Source: Acidimicrobiia bacterium
GTDB taxonomy: Bacteria; Actinomycetota; Acidimicrobiia; IMCC26256; PALSA-610
Reading direction: 5' to 3'
DNA length: 64,000 bases
NCBI GenBank assembly: GCA_038209365.1
Contig: JBBQXS010000016.1
Location: 7,870-71,869 of the forward strand
The position numbers and the translations under genes were made by a program. Each line of letters begins with the position of its first letter. Within the stretch, counting starts at the first letter, position 1. Shown one piece after another: positions 38,039 through 46,046 of this stretch. The notes beneath the pieces were generated by a model. It saw only the letters and a program-made list of their open reading frames with translations. It did no database searches and had not been told where the DNA came from.

Positions 38039-39217
38039 CTACGAGGCGCGCGGCTGAGAGAGCGCGAGCCCGTTCTCTCGCATGACGAGCCGCACTTCCT
38101 CCTCGGAGAAGCCGGGAAGATCGTCCACGAACGACTTGGGATCCGCGAGTCCTTCGGCGTGCGGGTAGTCGGAGCCGAAGATCATGCGTTGCGCGCCCAG
38201 CTCGTCGCGTAGCTCGGGGAGGTCGTCCTCGTAGTACGGCGACACCCACATCTGCGCGCGCACCTGCTCCACCGGGTCGACGCGGTCGTACGCGGCCGGG
38301 AGCTGACCGTAAGACTTCTTCAACGCCTTCAGGAGCTGCGGCACCCAGTCCGAGCCGCTCTCGATCGTCGCGACACGCAGGTTCGGGTGACGGCGTAGCA
38401 CGCCGTGACACACGAGCGCGGCGATCGTGTCGTAGATCGGCCGGTGGCCCGAGGTGACGCTGCGGAAAGGATCGTTGCGGAAGGCCTGGAAATCGCCGCC
38501 GCCACCCCACTCGTCCGCGTAGCGGTTGTAGCCCGCGTCACCAGAGTGATACGCGGCCACGATGCCGGCTTCGGCGATGCGCGCCCACACGCCGTCGTAG
38601 ACGGGATCGCCGGGCGTGCGGGAAAAGCCCGGACCGCGCACGGGGCCGGCGCGCAGCACAATGACGTGTGCGCCGTTTGCGAGGGCGTACTCCACCTCTT
38701 GCTCGGCACGCTTCGGATCCTGCAACGCGATGTACGGCGCGGCGTAGATCCGATCGTCGTAATTGAACGTCCAGTCGTCGAGCATCCACTCGTTGAACGC
38801 GTGGAACACGTCATGCACCGCTTCGGGGTCGTGCAGCAACGCTTCTTCGACGCCGACACCGAGCGTCGGAAAAAGGAAACAGCCCAGCAGTCCTTGGGTG
38901 TCCATCAGCTTCACGCGCGCCTCGGGATCACGGTACGCCGGATTGATCGGCTCGAGCTCACCGAACGCCTCGCGGATGTCGTCACCGGCGCTCTTCCCAC
39001 GGAAGTACTCGTCGAGGCAGCCCGGACGCGCGACCGGGTCGAAGGTGGGGTTCGGGATGAACCGGAACAGCTTGTTGTCGACGATCATTCGCTGTTTGCC
39101 GTCGACGTTCGCCCATTGCACCAGCTTCGACCGGTGCGGCGGAAGATGACGGATGAAGGCGTCGGTCGCCTCGTAGTAGTGGTTGTCAGCGTCGAAGACG
39201 TCGAAGTCGATCTTCAT
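38039..39217 (-). CDS. Amidohydrolase_2 family metal-dependent hydrolase/decarboxylase
   Basis: 392 aa with N-terminal DADNHYYE (metal-binding HxH-like region) and C-terminal FGSDYPHAEG. Confidence 0.8.
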   Translation of the reverse strand: MKIDFDVFDADNHYYEATDAFIRHLPPHRSKLVQWANVDGKQRMIVDNKLFRFIPNPTFDPVARPGCLDEYFRGKSAGDDIREAFGELEPINPAYRDPEARVKLMDTQGLLGCFLFPTLGVGVEEALLHDPEAVHDVFHAFNEWMLDDWTFNYDDRIYAAPYIALQDPKRAEQEVEYALANGAHVIVLRAGPVRGPGFSRTPGDPVYDGVWARIAEAGIVAAYHSGDAGYNRYADEWGGGGDFQAFRNDPFRSVTSGHRPIYDTIAALVCHGVLRRHPNLRVATIESGSDWVPQLLKALKKSYGQLPAAYDRVDPVEQVRAQMWVSPYYEDDLPELRDELGAQRMIFGSDYPHAEGLADPKSFVDDLPGFSEEEVRLVMRENGLALSQPRAS

Positions 39218-39262
39218 GATGGCTCCCTCGCTCCGCTACTTCCGCAGGGCGACATGCTCCCG

Positions 39263-39283
39263 AAATAGAACGGCATTCTATTT
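39263..39283. promoter_or_regulatory. AT-rich palindrome, candidate TetR-type operator upstream of the amidohydrolase gene
   Basis: aaatagaa-cggca-ttctattt lies 46 nt upstream of the ATG at 39217. It shares the core AGAA-YGNCA-TTCT, in the same orientation, with the two sites at the TetR promoter (53120-53136 and 53163-53179). Confidence 0.45.
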
Positions 39284-40701
39284 TATCCCCGGACCCGCTC
39301 GGCCCGCAATGCCGACCTCCGGAGCTTGCCGGCGTCGTCGCGGAGGGGCTCGGTCGTGAACTCGAACGTCCGGGGGACCTTGTAGCGGACGAGCCGCTCG
39401 GCAAGGTGGTTGCGCAGCTCGTCCACGTCGATCTTGCTGCCGTCGTCGGTTTGCAGAATCGCGTGCACACGGCTGCCGAGGTCGTCGTCGGGCATGCCGA
39501 TCACGGCGCTCGAACGCACGCGCGGATGCTCGTCGAGCGCGGCCTCCACCTCGGCGGGATAGATGTTCGCGCCGCCAGTGAGGATCATGTCGGTCTGACG
39601 GTCGCTCAAGTAGAGGTAGCCGTCGGCGTCGATCATGCCCATGTCACCGAGTGACTCCCACCCACCCTCGATGCGACGCGCCTGCGCGCCGACATACCGG
39701 TAGGTGTGCACGCTTTCGTCTGCCGAGGGTCGCATGTACACCTCGCCGACCTCGCCCGGCGCGGCGTCGTCGCCTCCCGCGCTCACGATCTTGAACTGCT
39801 CGGGATTGACCTTCCCGACGGAACCTCGGTGCTCGAGCCACTCTGCACCGTTGATGATCGTCGCGGCCTGTGCCTCTGTTCCCGCGTACAGCTCCCAGAT
39901 CGTCTCGGCCCCGAGCCAGTTGATCCATTCCTCTTTCAACCACGGTGGGCACGGCGCCGCGAGATGCCACACGACTTTCAACGACGAGACGTCGTAGCGG
40001 TCGCGCACCTCGCGCGGCAGCTTCGAGATTCGCGCCATCATCGTCGGCACGACGTAGATCGAGTCGGGTCGGTAGCGGTCGATGAGCGCAAGCGTCTTCT
40101 CGGCGTCGAACTTTCCACCGAGCACGACATGGTTCCCCGCGAGCAGCGCGGTCACGGTCCACATGAACGGGCCGTTGTGGTACAGCGGGCCCGGCATCAG
40201 ATGCGTGCCGTCGATCTGCATCAACAGCAGCGGCGGAAGGTCGGGGTCGATCTCGCCGGCCTGGTTGGCCTCGATGAGCTTCGGGCGCCCCGTCGAACCA
40301 CCGGACGTCATCGCCTTCCACGGGTTCGAACGCGCGTCCGGCAGGGATCCGTCGTCGAAGCGGTCGACGGCGAGCGGTTCGTGCAACACGACGCGCGGCT
40401 GTGCAAGCTCGATGATCGCGTCGAGCTCTCGCGTGGGCAATCGGGCCGACACGGGTTGCGGCGTTGCGCCGATCTTCCAGCAGGCGACGGCCGTCGCGAC
40501 GAACTCGACAGAGTTCGGAAGCGCGATCGTGACCCGATCACCTTGCAGAACGCCGTCGTGTTGCAACGCGCGCGCCGCGCGATTTGCCAGCTGTTCGAGC
40601 TCGATCCGCGTCACCGTACGGTGCTCATCCGTGATTGCGGGGCGGTCCGGATCGACAACCGCGTGGTCGCGGAGCCGCTGCGCGTAGGAGATCAGTGCCA
40701 C
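39283..40701 (-). CDS. AMP-dependent acyl-CoA synthetase/ligase
   Basis: GTG at 40701 within ORF 39283-40851. MTSGGSTGRPK (A3 motif), YAGTE, GDMG..DADGYLYLSDR and PRTFEF..PLRDDAGKLRR. Confidence 0.8.
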   Translation of the reverse strand: MALISYAQRLRDHAVVDPDRPAITDEHRTVTRIELEQLANRAARALQHDGVLQGDRVTIALPNSVEFVATAVACWKIGATPQPVSARLPTRELDAIIELAQPRVVLHEPLAVDRFDDGSLPDARSNPWKAMTSGGSTGRPKLIEANQAGEIDPDLPPLLLMQIDGTHLMPGPLYHNGPFMWTVTALLAGNHVVLGGKFDAEKTLALIDRYRPDSIYVVPTMMARISKLPREVRDRYDVSSLKVVWHLAAPCPPWLKEEWINWLGAETIWELYAGTEAQAATIINGAEWLEHRGSVGKVNPEQFKIVSAGGDDAAPGEVGEVYMRPSADESVHTYRYVGAQARRIEGGWESLGDMGMIDADGYLYLSDRQTDMILTGGANIYPAEVEAALDEHPRVRSSAVIGMPDDDLGSRVHAILQTDDGSKIDVDELRNHLAERLVRYKVPRTFEFTTEPLRDDAGKLRRSALRAERVRG

Positions 40702-40892
40702 AACGGGGATTCTGGCGCAGCTGCGCAGCGGCGGACAGCCGCCTTCAACCAGCGGAGCATCTCGAGCTCTTCGACGCAGGCGCCGCACCGGTCGAGGTGG
40801 GCCGCAATCGCAAGCATCGTCCACGCGTCGCATTCGACGTCGACGTAGCACTGGATGACGGCGAGCACGTCATGACACGAGGTCTCATCCAT
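40692..40892 (-). CDS. RsrA-like zinc-binding (ZAS, HxxxCxxC) anti-sigma factor, no adjacent sigma gene
   Basis: 66 aa: MDETSCHDVLAVIQCYVDVECD...AAHLDRCGACVEELEMLRWLKAAVRRC. Has the HxxxCxxC motif plus the upstream and downstream Cys residues placed as in RsrA/RshA. Overlaps the ligase start by 10 nt. Confidence 0.6.
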   Translation of the reverse strand: MDETSCHDVLAVIQCYVDVECDAWTMLAIAAHLDRCGACVEELEMLRWLKAAVRRCAAAPESPLWH

Positions 40893-40930
40893 GCCGCGAG
40901 AACGGCTCCGTCTCGACCACGTGGAGGGGA

Positions 40931-40956
40931 AACGACCGAAGCTGCGGCTGCATTCC
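40931..40956 (-). promoter_or_regulatory. SigR/SigH-type promoter (GGAAT-N18-GTT) upstream of the RsrA-like gene
   Basis: The minus strand reads GGGAAT gcagccgcagcttcggtc GTT, with GGAAT at 40956-40952 and GTT at 40933-40931. This is about 40 nt upstream of the ATG at 40892. Confidence 0.5.
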
Positions 40957-40978
40957 CGGTGTCGTAAGGTCGGCCGCC

Positions 40979-41737
40979 ATGCTGAACAACACCACGGCCA
41001 TCGTCACGGGCGGAGCCTCCGGTATGGGCGAGGCCACCGCCCGGCGGCTCTCGGACGCGGGGGCCACCGTCGTCATTCTCGACCGCGACGCAGGGAAGGG
41101 CGAGAAAGTCGCCTCGGACCTCGGCGGCCGGTTCGTCCAAGCCGACGTCACGAACGAGTCCGACGTGAGCGCCGCGGTCGCGGCCGCCACGGCGCTCGCG
41201 CCCCTTCGGACGTGCATCCACTGTGCCGGCATCGGATGGGCGGAGCGGACGATCAACCGCGACGGCGGTCCCCATGGCCTCGCGTCGTTCCGGACCGTGA
41301 TCGAGATCAACTTGATCGGCACGTTCAACGTGTTGCGGCTCGCGGCGTCCGGGATGTCGGCCAACGAGCAAGACGACCAAGGGCAACGCGGCGTGATCGT
41401 CAACACCGCATCGATCGCGGCGTTCGACGGCCAGATCGGTCAGGCCGCGTACTCGGCGTCCAAAGGAGGCGTCGTGGCGCTCACGCTCACCGCGGCGCGC
41501 GACCTCGCAGCCGCGGGCATCCGCGTGTGCACGATCGCGCCCGGCCTCATCGATACGCCGTTGCTCGGCGGCCTCCCGCAAGCACAGCGCGACGCCCTTG
41601 CGCAGTCGGTGCTGTTCCCGAAGCGCCTGGGGGTGCCGGAGGATTTCGCGTCTCTTGCGATGGAGATCGTGCGCAACAGCTACTTGAACGGCGAGGTGAT
41701 CCGGATGGACGCGGGCATCCGCATGCCGCCAAAGTAG
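40979..41737 (+). CDS. SDR, 3-hydroxyacyl-CoA dehydrogenase type-2 (HSD17B10/FabG3-like)
   Basis: 252 aa. TGGASGMGEA, NTASIAAFDGQIGQAAYSASKGG and the C-terminal YLNGEVIRMDAGIRMPPK are typical of this SDR subgroup. Confidence 0.85.
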   Translation: MLNNTTAIVTGGASGMGEATARRLSDAGATVVILDRDAGKGEKVASDLGGRFVQADVTNESDVSAAVAAATALAPLRTCIHCAGIGWAERTINRDGGPHGLASFRTVIEINLIGTFNVLRLAASGMSANEQDDQGQRGVIVNTASIAAFDGQIGQAAYSASKGGVVALTLTAARDLAAAGIRVCTIAPGLIDTPLLGGLPQAQRDALAQSVLFPKRLGVPEDFASLAMEIVRNSYLNGEVIRMDAGIRMPPK

Positions 41738-41741
41738 AACC

Positions 41742-42956
41742 ATGCCGGATCACCCCAAGCGCGACGACATCGATCTGCTCGAGGGAGCGTTCTACGTCGA
41801 TGCCCGCGAGCCGTACGCATGGATGCGCCAGCACGCGCCGGTCTACTTCGACGACCACACAGGGCTCTGGGGCATCGCAACGTACGCCGCGGTGCTCGCG
41901 GCCGAAAAGGACGCGAGGACGTTCTCGAACGCGGGCGGGAGCCGGCCCGAGAGCGGCCCGATCCCGATGATGATCGACATGGACGACCCGGAGCACTGGA
42001 AGCGCCGGAAGCTCGTCAACAAGGGTTTCACACCGCGACGCGTGCGCGACAGCGAACAGGCGATCCGGCACGCGTGCGACGAGATCATCGACGCGGTGTG
42101 CGAACGCGGCGAGTGCGACTTCGTCACCGACGTTGCCGCGCCGCTGCCGATGATGCTCATCGGCGACATGCTCGGCGTCGCTCCGGAGGATCGCGGTGAC
42201 CTGCTGCGGTGGTCGGACGACATGGTGAGCTCGCTGAGCGGGAGCGCGACCGAAGCGCAGATCCTGCGCTCCTTCCAGGCGATGGAGGGCTATACCGCGT
42301 TCTGCACCCACGCGGTGGCCGAGCGCCGGGCGACGCCGACCGATGACCTGATGAGCGTGCTCGTCCACGCCGAGGTCGACGGCGACCGGCTGTCACCGGA
42401 CGACGTGCTGCACGAGTCGCTCCTCATTCTCGTGGGCGGCGACGAGACGACGCGCCACGTGATCACCGGCGGCATGGAGCAACTGCTGCTGCATCCCGAG
42501 CAACGCAAGCTCCTCGTCGAGGATCTCGGGAAGATCACGGTCGCGGTCGAGGAGATGCTCCGCTGGGTGACCCCGATCAAGTCGATGTGTCGCACGGTCA
42601 CGCGCGACGTCGAGTTCATGGGACAAGCGATGACGGCCGGACAGAAGTGCTTGTTGCTGTTCGAATCGGCCAACTTCGATGCCGCGAAGTTCCGCGACCC
42701 TTTCCGCTTCGACGTCGAACGCCAGCCGAACGAGCATGTCGCTTTCGGGTTCGGTTCGCACTACTGCCTGGGTCAGGCGCTGGCGCGCCTGGAGCTGAAG
42801 GTCATGTTCGAGCAGCTGCTCACGCGTATGCCGGACATCGAGCTCGCAGCAGACCCCGCTTCGCTCCCCCGCCGGCGCGCGAACTTCATCACCGGCCTCG
42901 AGGCGATGCCGATCACGTTCAGCCCGTCCAAGCCGCTCGAAGGGACGTCCGTGTGA
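41742..42956 (+). CDS. Cytochrome P450, CYP142/CYP125-like (steroid side-chain monooxygenase-like)
   Basis: 404 aa. Heme loop FGFGSHYCLGQALAR, EETTR-like GGDETTRH, and N-terminal NAGGSRP...PMMIDMDDPEHWKRRKLVNKGFTPRRV. The N-terminal block closely resembles my recollection of M. tuberculosis CYP142. Confidence 0.9.
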   Translation: MPDHPKRDDIDLLEGAFYVDAREPYAWMRQHAPVYFDDHTGLWGIATYAAVLAAEKDARTFSNAGGSRPESGPIPMMIDMDDPEHWKRRKLVNKGFTPRRVRDSEQAIRHACDEIIDAVCERGECDFVTDVAAPLPMMLIGDMLGVAPEDRGDLLRWSDDMVSSLSGSATEAQILRSFQAMEGYTAFCTHAVAERRATPTDDLMSVLVHAEVDGDRLSPDDVLHESLLILVGGDETTRHVITGGMEQLLLHPEQRKLLVEDLGKITVAVEEMLRWVTPIKSMCRTVTRDVEFMGQAMTAGQKCLLLFESANFDAAKFRDPFRFDVERQPNEHVAFGFGSHYCLGQALARLELKVMFEQLLTRMPDIELAADPASLPRRRANFITGLEAMPITFSPSKPLEGTSV

Positions 42957-43390
42957 CCGGGCATCGCGAGCTCGTCGAGCGGTTCTGGTCGGACCTCTAT
43001 CGCCGCGACTTCGACGCGGTCGGCGCGTACTTCGCGGACGACGGCGAGTACACCGACATGCCGACGCCCGGTGAAGACGTCGCGCGTGGGCCCGCGCAGA
43101 TTACGGCCCGCCTGCGGGTCGGCCTCGGCCCGCTCGCCGGCATCTCCCACGACGTCCGGGCGATGGTGTGCGAGGGCGACACCGCGATGACCGAGCACGT
43201 CGAGCACTGGGAGTGGCCGACCGGCGAGCGCGCGAGCCTCCCCTTCGTCTCGGTGCAGCAGGTCCGTGACGGCAAGTTCGTGCGCTGGTGGGACTACTGG
43301 GACCTCGCCACACTGATGAACGCCGCGCCGGCGTGGTGGGTCGAGCACATCATGCGCGAGTCCGCGCGCGTCGGCCTCCGCGAGCCGTAG
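42953..43390 (+). CDS. SnoaL/NTF2-fold protein, limonene-1,2-epoxide hydrolase-like
   Basis: GTG at 42953 forms a GTGA overlap with the P450 stop. Gives 145 aa. LVERFWSDLYRRDFDAVGAYFADDGEYTDMP and VRWWDYWD are typical of LEH/SnoaL proteins. Confidence 0.7.
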   Translation: MTGHRELVERFWSDLYRRDFDAVGAYFADDGEYTDMPTPGEDVARGPAQITARLRVGLGPLAGISHDVRAMVCEGDTAMTEHVEHWEWPTGERASLPFVSVQQVRDGKFVRWWDYWDLATLMNAAPAWWVEHIMRESARVGLREP

Positions 43391-43790
43391 CGCGGGAACG
43401 CGAGCTCTCGCGCTTCGCGATCGCCTGGCCGAGCTCCATCTTCGTCATGCGAGAACGCCCGGTGATGCCGAGCTTCTCGGCACGGGCGAGGAGCTCCTGC
43501 CTCGTGTGACCTTCGACATCGACGCCGCCCGCCGACCGACCCCGATTGCCGCGTCCACCGACCCTTGCCCGTTCGTCCGACGGTCCCTTGCGACCGCCCT
43601 TCTTGGGCTCCCAGTGGTCGCCGACCTTCTCGAAGGAATGCTTCACCGATGCGAACGCCGCCCGGTGCGCCCGCTCCTCGTCGCCGCCGTAGGTCTTCTC
43701 GGTCGACTCGAGCGTCTCGGCGTATGTGCGTTGCGCTTTGGCCGGCGACTTCTCGAGTGTTCGCGGCATTCGCGTTCTCGACGCAGGCAT
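43350..43790 (-). CDS. ChaB-like domain + Rho-N/HeH-like domain protein
   Basis: 146 aa. PAKAQRTYAETLESTEKTYGGDEERAHRAAFASVKHSFEK is ChaB-like. TRQELLARAEKLGITGRSRMTKMELGQAI is a Rho termination factor N-terminal-like helix-extended-helix. Confidence 0.6.
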   Translation of the reverse strand: MPASRTRMPRTLEKSPAKAQRTYAETLESTEKTYGGDEERAHRAAFASVKHSFEKVGDHWEPKKGGRKGPSDERARVGGRGNRGRSAGGVDVEGHTRQELLARAEKLGITGRSRMTKMELGQAIAKRESSRSRATARGGRRARTRA

Positions 43791-43876
43791 CGCTACCCTC
43801 CTCTGGGTACTCCCTAGCTGTCAGGCTTACCCACGATGCAGCGGGTGGTATTCGGTCTCGGCGACGGGAGAATTTC

Positions 43877-44239
43877 ATGGCGAGCGAGGGTTTCCACGAG
43901 CCGCTCGATCGGCTCTCTGCGGCGGTGCTCGAACGGCATCGTGCCATCACGTCCTTGAAGGAGGAGCTGGAGGCGGTCGACTGGTACGACCAGCGAGTCG
44001 ACGCGTCCGCCGACAACGAGCTGCGCGCCGTGCTCGCACACAACCGCGACGAGGAGAAGGAACACGCAGCGATGGCGCTCGAGTGGCTTCGTCGCAACGA
44101 TGCGAAGTGGGACGAGGTGCTGCGCACGTATCTCTTCAAAGACGCACCGATCACCGAGATCGAGAAGGAGGCCGAAGCCGCCGGTGACCCGCCGACGGAT
44201 CTCTCGCTCGGAGACCTACGGAAGGAGCCGCCGCGATGA
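43877..44239 (+). CDS. Encapsulated ferritin (EncFtn, ferritin-like cargo) with C-terminal encapsulin targeting peptide
   Basis: ATG at 43877 with SD gggag. ELEAVDWYDQRVDAS...LAHNRDEEKEHAAMALEWLRRNDAKW is the EncFtn core (ExxH iron site). The C-terminal DLSLGDLRK resembles family-1 cargo-loading peptides. ATGA overlap with the shell gene. Confidence 0.85.
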   Translation: MASEGFHEPLDRLSAAVLERHRAITSLKEELEAVDWYDQRVDASADNELRAVLAHNRDEEKEHAAMALEWLRRNDAKWDEVLRTYLFKDAPITEIEKEAEAAGDPPTDLSLGDLRKEPPR

Positions 44240-45039
44240 ACCACCTTCGCCGCGAGTTGGCGCCCATCTCCGAGGCCGCGTGGTCCCAGATCGACGCCGA
44301 AGCCTCCCGCACCCTGAAGCACTTCCTCACTGCCCGCCGGCTCGTCGATTTTGCCGGCCCCGACGGTTGGACCAAGGACGCGGTCGCGAGCGGCCGGGTC
44401 GAAGAGGTCACCCAGGCGCCCGCGGGCATCCGCGCACGCATCCGTACCGTGCAGCCGCTCGTCGAGTACCGCGCCGAGTTCTGGCTTGATCGCGTGGCGC
44501 TGGATGCCATCGACCGGGGCGCGCGCGACGCCGACATCGACGCCGTCCGCGACGGCGCCCGGCGACTGGCGATCGCCGAGGACGAAGCAGTGTTCCTCGG
44601 AAATCGCTCCGCGCTGGTCACCGGTATCGCCGAAGGCACGCCGAACGCCAAGCTCGCGATCGGTGACGACTATCGGGACTACCCGCAGAGCGTGGCTCGC
44701 GCGGTCGCGACGCTCCAGACGATAGGGATCGCCGGTCCGTATGCAGTCGCGCTCGGGCCGCGTTGCTATACCGGTGTCGTCGAGACCACGGAGATGGGCG
44801 GCTACCCCGTCCTCGAGCATCTGCGGCTCATCGCCGGCGGTCCCGTGTTGTGGGCTCCCGCAGTGGACGGCGCCATCGTGCTGTCGTTGCGCGGGGGCGA
44901 CTTCGAGCTGACCGTGGGCCAGGACACCTCGATCGGATATCTGGATCACGACGACACGAACGTGCATCTCTATCTGGAGGAGTCGTTCACGTTCCAGATC
45001 TTCACTCCGGAAGCGGCGGTCCACCTCAGCTACGCCTAG
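44236..45039 (+). CDS. Family 1 encapsulin nanocompartment shell protein (linocin M18-like)
   Basis: 267 aa. MNHLRRELAPISEAAWSQIDAEA...RRLVDFAGPDGW parallels the conserved N-terminus of T. maritima-type encapsulins. The HK97-fold length is typical. Confidence 0.9.
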   Translation: MNHLRRELAPISEAAWSQIDAEASRTLKHFLTARRLVDFAGPDGWTKDAVASGRVEEVTQAPAGIRARIRTVQPLVEYRAEFWLDRVALDAIDRGARDADIDAVRDGARRLAIAEDEAVFLGNRSALVTGIAEGTPNAKLAIGDDYRDYPQSVARAVATLQTIGIAGPYAVALGPRCYTGVVETTEMGGYPVLEHLRLIAGGPVLWAPAVDGAIVLSLRGGDFELTVGQDTSIGYLDHDDTNVHLYLEESFTFQIFTPEAAVHLSYA

Positions 45040-45049
45040 TCTCCGCGGC

Positions 45050-45340
45050 GTGGCGATCCTGATCGACGAGCCTCGGTGGCGCCGGTCCGACGACGCTCGG
45101 TTCGCGCACCTCGTCAGCGACACATCGTTCGAGGAGCTACACGCGTTCGCCTCGGCGTTGACGTTCGGGCGCCCGTTGCGCTTCCACCGCGATCACTACG
45201 ACGTCCCGGCCGCCTCTTGGCAACCGACGGTCGACGCCGGAGCGCGCGTCGTCCCCACTCGCGAGATCGTCGAGCGGCTGCTCGCGGCCGGGATGCGTGC
45301 TACTTCGGCGAGAAGCGCACGGCTCCGTCCAGGCGGATGA
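45050..45340 (+). CDS. DUF4031 domain protein
   Basis: 96 aa. MAILIDEPRW...FAHLVSDTSFEELHAFA...HYDV matches the DUF4031 pattern. Its 3' end overlaps the convergent SDR by 41 nt. Confidence 0.6.
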   Translation: MAILIDEPRWRRSDDARFAHLVSDTSFEELHAFASALTFGRPLRFHRDHYDVPAASWQPTVDAGARVVPTREIVERLLAAGMRATSARSARLRPGG

Positions 45341-46046
45341 CCTCGCCGTTCAGGTAGGGATTCTCGATGATGTGCTGGGCGAGCGCGGCGAACTCGTCGG
45401 GCTCACCCAGGCGTCTCGGGAACGGCACGTTCGCGGCAAAGGCGTCCCGCATCGCCGGAGGCACCATCAGCATGGGTGGCGTCGCGATCGTTCCCGGCGC
45501 GATCGTGCACACCCGCACGCCGACCGCGGCCAGGTCACGCGCCGCGATGATGGTCATGCCGATGACGCCGGCTTTTGCCGACCCGTAGGCGATCTGGCCG
45601 ATCTGGCCCTCGTAGCCGGCGATCGACGCCGTCTGTACGCAGACGCCCCGCTCCGCACCTCCGTCGGGTGTGTTGTGTGCCATCTGCGCCGCGGCCAACC
45701 GCAGCACGTTGAACGTGCCGACGAGATTGAGCTCGACGACGCGCCGGAACGAGTCGAGCGCGTGCGGAGTGCCGTCGCGCGCAAGCGTCCGCGACGCAAT
45801 CCCACCACCTGCGCAGTGTACGGCGATCGCGAACCGTCCGAGCGCGCCTGCCTGTTCGACCGCCGCTTGTACGTCGGGCTCCGACGTCACGTCGCAACGC
45901 ACGAAGCGATCACCTTCGGGCGCGTCGACGTCCGCGATGTCGGCGAGCACGACGCGGGCGCCGGCCGCGCGCAGACGCGCCGCGCTCGCGGCGCCGAGGC
46001 CCGATTCGGCACCGGTTACGAGAGCGACATTGCCGGCGATTTGCAC
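45300..46046 (-). CDS. SDR, 3-hydroxyacyl-CoA dehydrogenase type-2-like (paralog of 40979-41737)
   Basis: GTG at 46046 preceded by GGAGGG. TGAESGLGAA, QTASIAGYEGQIGQIAYGSAKAG and the C-terminal YLNGEVIRLDGAVRFSPK. Roughly half the residues are identical to the other copy by eye. Confidence 0.85.
   Translation of the reverse strand: MQIAGNVALVTGAESGLGAASAARLRAAGARVVLADIADVDAPEGDRFVRCDVTSEPDVQAAVEQAGALGRFAIAVHCAGGGIASRTLARDGTPHALDSFRRVVELNLVGTFNVLRLAAAQMAHNTPDGGAERGVCVQTASIAGYEGQIGQIAYGSAKAGVIGMTIIAARDLAAVGVRVCTIAPGTIATPPMLMVPPAMRDAFAANVPFPRRLGEPDEFAALAQHIIENPYLNGEVIRLDGAVRFSPK

Noticed and set aside
39263-39283. The AT-rich palindrome as a KstR/KstR2 operator of the cholesterol regulon.
   Set aside because: The KstR consensus as I recall it is TnnAACnnGTTnnA, with a 2-nt centre. 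This site is TAGAA-CGGCA-TTCTA, with a 5-nt centre and TTC rather than GTT half-sites. It matches the local TetR promoter sites better.
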